Shown here one piece after another: positions 35,678-39,834 of a stretch of DNA of 39,834 nt. Location: the IMG/VR virus record IMGVR_UViG_2713896832_000004; one strand, written 5' to 3'. This DNA is from a virus. Taxonomy: Duplodnaviria; Heunggongvirae; Uroviricota; Caudoviricetes. Both the position numbers and the translations under genes were made by a program. How positions within the stretch are numbered: position 1 is the stretch's first letter; each line of letters begins with the position of its first letter. Below the pieces are notes generated by a model. The model ran no database searches. It was given only the letters and a program-made list of their open reading frames with translations, and was not told where the DNA came from.

Positions 35678-36673
35678 ATGAATGAATTTATAAAAGAACG
35701 GTTTTCGTATTTAGCAGATAATAAAAAAGAAAACGCCCCAGAGCTAAATGTTTCCTACGGTATCGATAAGAATTTTTTGTATGGTGCTGGCGTTTCAATT
35801 TCTTCCGTTTTGATTAATAATTCAGATATTAATTTTGTCTTTCATGTTTTCACTGATTATGTGGATGATGATTATTTAAAGTCATTTAATGAAACAGCAA
35901 AACAATTTAATACCTCAATTATTGTATATTTAATTGACCCCAAATACTTTGCTGATCTGCCGACGTCACAGTTTTGGTCGTACGCGACATACTTCAGGGT
36001 ATTGTCTTTTGAATATCTGAGTGAAAGTATTTCCACACTGCTGTATCTGGATGCCGATGTTGTTTGTAAAGGAAGCCTGAAACCTCTCACAGAAATTATA
36101 TTTAAAGATGAGTTTGCTGCGGTCATTCCTGACAATGATAGTACGCAGGAGGCATGTGCAAAACGCCTCAACATTCCCGAAATGAATGGACGTTATTTCA
36201 ATGCAGGCGTTATCTATGTCAATCTTAAAAAATGGCATGAAGCAAATTTGACACCGTATTTACTCAAGCTTTTACGAGGGGAAACTAAATATGGCTCTCT
36301 TAAATATTTAGATCAGGATGCGTTGAATATCGCATTTAATATGAATAATATCTACCTCGGGAAGGATTTTGATACTATTTATACCCTGAAAAATGAACTT
36401 CATGATCGTAGTCATCGAAAGTTTCAGCAAACCATTACCGATAAAACAGTATTGATTCACTATACAGGGATAACTAAACCATGGCATAGCTGGGCTGGAT
36501 ATCCGTCTGCATCATACTTTAATATCGCGCGTGAACAATCTCCCTGGAAGAAATATCCTCTTAAAGAGGCGCGGACTGTTGCAGAAATGCAGAAACAATA
36601 TAAGCATCTGTTTGCCCATGGTGAGTATATAAAAGGCATAACTTCATTAATTAAGTACAAGCTTAAGAAATAA
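35678..36673 (+). CDS. waaT: GT8-family LPS outer-core alpha-glycosyltransferase (R1-type WaaT position)
   Basis: 331 aa, paralogous to the previous ORF (VSYGIDKNFLYG…, YLDADV…, YFNAGV…, LIHYTGITKPW). Confidence 0.6.
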   Translation: MNEFIKERFSYLADNKKENAPELNVSYGIDKNFLYGAGVSISSVLINNSDINFVFHVFTDYVDDDYLKSFNETAKQFNTSIIVYLIDPKYFADLPTSQFWSYATYFRVLSFEYLSESISTLLYLDADVVCKGSLKPLTEIIFKDEFAAVIPDNDSTQEACAKRLNIPEMNGRYFNAGVIYVNLKKWHEANLTPYLLKLLRGETKYGSLKYLDQDALNIAFNMNNIYLGKDFDTIYTLKNELHDRSHRKFQQTITDKTVLIHYTGITKPWHSWAGYPSASYFNIAREQSPWKKYPLKEARTVAEMQKQYKHLFAHGEYIKGITSLIKYKLKK

Positions 36674-36682
36674 ATTACTCTT

Positions 36683-37375
36683 ATGATTACAAGTATACGT
36701 TATCGCGGCTTCTCATTTTATTACAAAGATAATGATAATAAATATAAAGAAATCTTTGATGAAATACTGGCCTATAATTTTAAAACAGTAAAAGTATTAC
36801 GTAATATTGATGATACCAAAGTATCGTTGATTGATACGAAATATGGTCGCTATGTTTTTAAAGTCTTTGCTCCGAAAACGAAAAGGAATGAACGTTTTTT
36901 AAAATCTTTTGTAAAAGGTGACTACTATCAGAATTTGATCGTTGAAACCGATCGTGTCAGAAGTGCAGGTCTTACTTTTCCTAATGATTTTTATTTTCTG
37001 GCTGAGCGTAAAATTTTCAACTATGCCAGTGTTTTTATCATGCTTATCGAGTATGTCGAGGGCGTAGAGCTCAATGATATGCCGATTATTCCAGAAAATG
37101 TTAAAGCAGAAATTAAGGCTTCAATGGAAAAATTGCATGCCTTAAATATGCTATCGGGCGACCCACACCGGGGTAACTTTATCGTTAGTAAAGATGGTGT
37201 CAGGATAATTGACCTATCCGGTAAAAGCTGTACGGCAGAGCGTAAAGCTCGTGATCGCCTGGCCATGGAACGTCACCTGGGTATTGCCAACGAAATAAAA
37301 GATTATGGCTACTATTCAGTAATCTACAGAACCAAACTACGCAAATTTATTAAAAAATTAAAAGGCAAAGCGTAA
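36683..37375 (+). CDS. waaY: LPS core heptose(II) kinase
   Basis: 230-aa kinase-like ORF in the conserved waaY position between GT8 genes (…GDPHRGNFIV…IIDLSG…). Confidence 0.75.
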   Translation: MITSIRYRGFSFYYKDNDNKYKEIFDEILAYNFKTVKVLRNIDDTKVSLIDTKYGRYVFKVFAPKTKRNERFLKSFVKGDYYQNLIVETDRVRSAGLTFPNDFYFLAERKIFNYASVFIMLIEYVEGVELNDMPIIPENVKAEIKASMEKLHALNMLSGDPHRGNFIVSKDGVRIIDLSGKSCTAERKARDRLAMERHLGIANEIKDYGYYSVIYRTKLRKFIKKLKGKA

Positions 37376-37400
37376 ACCACACAGTCAAAACGGAACCAAC

Positions 37401-38426
37401 ATGGATTTATTAGCTGAGAGTATTACTGAAGTCGCTGTCTCTGGGGAAATTGCTAACACCGATCGTGTGTTAAATATCGCTTACGGTATTGACCGTAACT
37501 TTTTATTTGGTGCGGCAGTATCTATGCAATCAGTTGTTATGCATAACCCGGACCTTGCGGTTAAGTTTCATCTCTTTACCGACTACATTGATGAAGATTA
37601 TCTACAACGTGTTAATGCTTTTACCAGCAAAAATGCTAACGTTGAAGTAATAATTTATAAAGTCTCCAATGCCTTTATTGATATCTTCCCCAGCCTGAAA
37701 CAGTGGTCTTATGCAACATTCTTCCGTTTAGTTGCGTTCCAGTATTTGAGTGAAACTATTGAAAATCTGTTATATATCGATGCTGATGTCATCTGTAAAG
37801 GCTCATTAGCTGGATTGCTTGATATTAATTTTGATGAGGATAAGTTCGCAGCTGTTATTAAAGATGTGCCTTTTATGCAGGAAAAACCAGCGAAGCGTCT
37901 GGCTATAGAGGGACTTCCAGGGAATTATTTCAACGCCGGTGTAGTATATCTGCAGCTTGAAGCATGGGCGAAAAATGATTTTATGAATAAAGCCATTGCT
38001 ATGCTGGCAAGTGACCCGCAGCACACGAAGTATAAATGCCTTGATCAGGATATTTTAAATATTCTGTTCTTTGGTCATTGTATTTTTATTAGCGGCGATT
38101 ATGATTGCTTTTATGGCATTGACTATGAGTTAAAAAATAAAAGCGATGAAGATTATAAAAAGACCATTACCGATGATACTAAGCTGATTCATTATGTTGG
38201 CGTAACGAAGCCCTGGAACGACTGGACGAATTATCCCTGCCAGAAGTATTTTAATGAGGCTTATCAGGCTTCTTGCTGGAATGATGTGGCGTTTATTCCA
38301 GCCACGAATGAAAAGCAGTATCAAGTGAAATATCAACATGCAAAGAAAAATGGTGATACGTTTAACGCTTTTATTTACTTCATTAAATTTAAATTAAATA
38401 AGTATAAAAGAAAACTATTTGGATAA
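37401..38426 (+). CDS. waaW: GT8-family LPS outer-core alpha-glycosyltransferase (R1-type WaaW position)
   Basis: 341 aa, a third GT8 paralog (IAYGIDRNFLFG…, YIDADV…, YFNAGV…, LIHYVGVTKPW). Confidence 0.6.
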   Translation: MDLLAESITEVAVSGEIANTDRVLNIAYGIDRNFLFGAAVSMQSVVMHNPDLAVKFHLFTDYIDEDYLQRVNAFTSKNANVEVIIYKVSNAFIDIFPSLKQWSYATFFRLVAFQYLSETIENLLYIDADVICKGSLAGLLDINFDEDKFAAVIKDVPFMQEKPAKRLAIEGLPGNYFNAGVVYLQLEAWAKNDFMNKAIAMLASDPQHTKYKCLDQDILNILFFGHCIFISGDYDCFYGIDYELKNKSDEDYKKTITDDTKLIHYVGVTKPWNDWTNYPCQKYFNEAYQASCWNDVAFIPATNEKQYQVKYQHAKKNGDTFNAFIYFIKFKLNKYKRKLFG

Positions 38427-38510
38427 TAATAAAAATCATGGATGTCTGAGTTACAATAATAATTAAGGATGAGTACTATCATATTTTATTAGTTCAGGCA
38501 AGAGAACACG

Positions 38511-39494
38511 ATGAGCAATGATTACCCTTTAGTATCCATAATAATACCGACGTATAATTCATCTGATTACATTACTGAAACTCTAACGAAATTAGAAAAA
38601 CAAACTTACCCAAATTTTGAAATTGTTATTGTTAATGATGGTTCTAAAGATAACACATCAAACGTTTTGAGAGAGTATGGGTTAACCCACTCTCGATTAA
38701 TTATTATCAATAAAGAAAATGGCGGTGTTTCGTCTGCCAGGAATACAGGTATCCGCAAGGCGCAAGGACAGTTTATATGTTTTATGGATGATGATGATGA
38801 GATAGATCCTAACTATCTGCTGAAGATGCATTCCAGACAACATGAGACGGGAGGAGATGCCATTTATTGTGGGCTTTATGGCCATCATATAAAAAATGGT
38901 GTTACTTACTCACCTATAAATACAGAGTTTAATGAAGGATCTTTACTTTTCGACTTTTTTTATAAAAAGGTTAGATTCCATATAGGGTGCTTGTTTATAA
39001 GAAAACAACTTCTGGAAGAGAATAATCTTTTTTTTGATGAAGATTTACGACTAGGAGAAGATCTGGATTTTATCTATCGACTGCTAATTACATGCGATAT
39101 GTATGCGGTTCCATATTATATGTATAAGCATAACTATAGAGAAAATTCCTTAATGAACTCATGTAGAACCATCAGTCATTATCGACATGAGTCATTTGCG
39201 CACGAAAAAATCTACTCTTCTGTGATGCAGTTATACAAAGGTAACCGGAAAGAAGAAATTCATACATTATTGAGTCAAAATAGAGCTTATCATAAAACTC
39301 GTTATTTGTGGAATGTTCTACTTAATGGTGATTTTAAACAATTGAATCAATTAGTTGAAAGCAATGAAAAAGAATTAAAAGATTGTAATCTTCCTGGCAA
39401 GAGAGATAAGAGACGAGCAAAAATATTAGCATCAAAAAATTATATTATCTGGAGGATGGTAAGACTGGTAAATAGAAAAAAGAATAAACGTTAG
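38511..39494 (+). CDS. waaV: GT2-family LPS outer-core beta-glycosyltransferase (R1-type WaaV position)
   Basis: 327 aa with a GT2 N-terminal signature (VSIIIPTYNSSDYI…, VIVNDGSKDNT…, DDDDE). Confidence 0.6.
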   Translation: MSNDYPLVSIIIPTYNSSDYITETLTKLEKQTYPNFEIVIVNDGSKDNTSNVLREYGLTHSRLIIINKENGGVSSARNTGIRKAQGQFICFMDDDDEIDPNYLLKMHSRQHETGGDAIYCGLYGHHIKNGVTYSPINTEFNEGSLLFDFFYKKVRFHIGCLFIRKQLLEENNLFFDEDLRLGEDLDFIYRLLITCDMYAVPYYMYKHNYRENSLMNSCRTISHYRHESFAHEKIYSSVMQLYKGNRKEEIHTLLSQNRAYHKTRYLWNVLLNGDFKQLNQLVESNEKELKDCNLPGKRDKRRAKILASKNYIIWRMVRLVNRKKNKR

Positions 39495-39539
39495 ATCTTG
39501 CATTAAATAACCCATCCTCGTAGCATAGGTTGAAACTAT

Positions 39540-39834
39540 ATGTCGTTTTGTTGGAATGAAATTAATTCTGGTATAAAGTCTTTAATTCTCATATTATGTA
39601 TTTTTTCTTTAATGACTTTGTCTTTATGGGATGATGTTGCAACAAAGTTTCTTCATGCAGCTGGAATTATATCTGCATTGTATTTTCTTGTGACACCAAA
39701 AAAAACAATAACTAATAATCCTACTTTGTTAATTTTCATCTCATTATGTCTTTTGGGTATCGTAAATATCATCTGGTATTCACATTATAAAATTTCAGGC
39801 TCTGTTTATACCAATGCATATCGTGGCCCAATGT
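39540..39834 (+). CDS. Partial polytopic membrane protein, probable O-antigen ligase WaaL N-terminus (3' end outside window)
   Basis: An ATG at 39540 opens a frame that runs to the window edge, MSFCWNEINSGIKSLILILCIFSLMTLSLWDD…, hydrophobic and TM-rich, in the position where R1-type clusters carry waaL. Confidence 0.4.
   Translation, partial: MSFCWNEINSGIKSLILILCIFSLMTLSLWDDVATKFLHAAGIISALYFLVTPKKTITNNPTLLIFISLCLLGIVNIIWYSHYKISGSVYTNAYRGPM

Overview
Enterobacterial (E. coli/Shigella-type) chromosomal segment matching the K-12 82-min neighbourhood, read here in the order selC, yicJ-yicI, yicH, xanP, gltS, recG-trmH-spoT-rpoZ-gmk, ligB, yicG, dinD, yicC, rph-pyrE, slmA-dut-coaBC, yicR, rpmB-rpmG, mutM, coaD-waaA, then the waaQ operon. 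All gene identities are from reading the translations and from remembered family knowledge; no database search was run. Against this conserved backbone four things stand out. (1) A 1.3 kb insert between pyrE and slmA carries a structured non-coding leader plus a 319-aa reverse transcriptase with retron-type motifs and no effector ORF, which fits the described retron Ec107; this is the strongest candidate for the system of interest. (2) The window opens inside a selC-anchored genomic island: an exact tRNA-Sec, an intact P4-like integrase next to its 3' end, and the right end of an IS1 copy. (3) An intact 288-codon ORF of unknown function fills the whole convergent gap between gltS and recG. (4) ligB is split by a frameshift. 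The LPS core locus has the R1-type gene order (waaQ-G-P-O-T-Y-W-V, then a truncated waaL-like start) and is visibly AT-rich. No CRISPR array and no rRNA are present.
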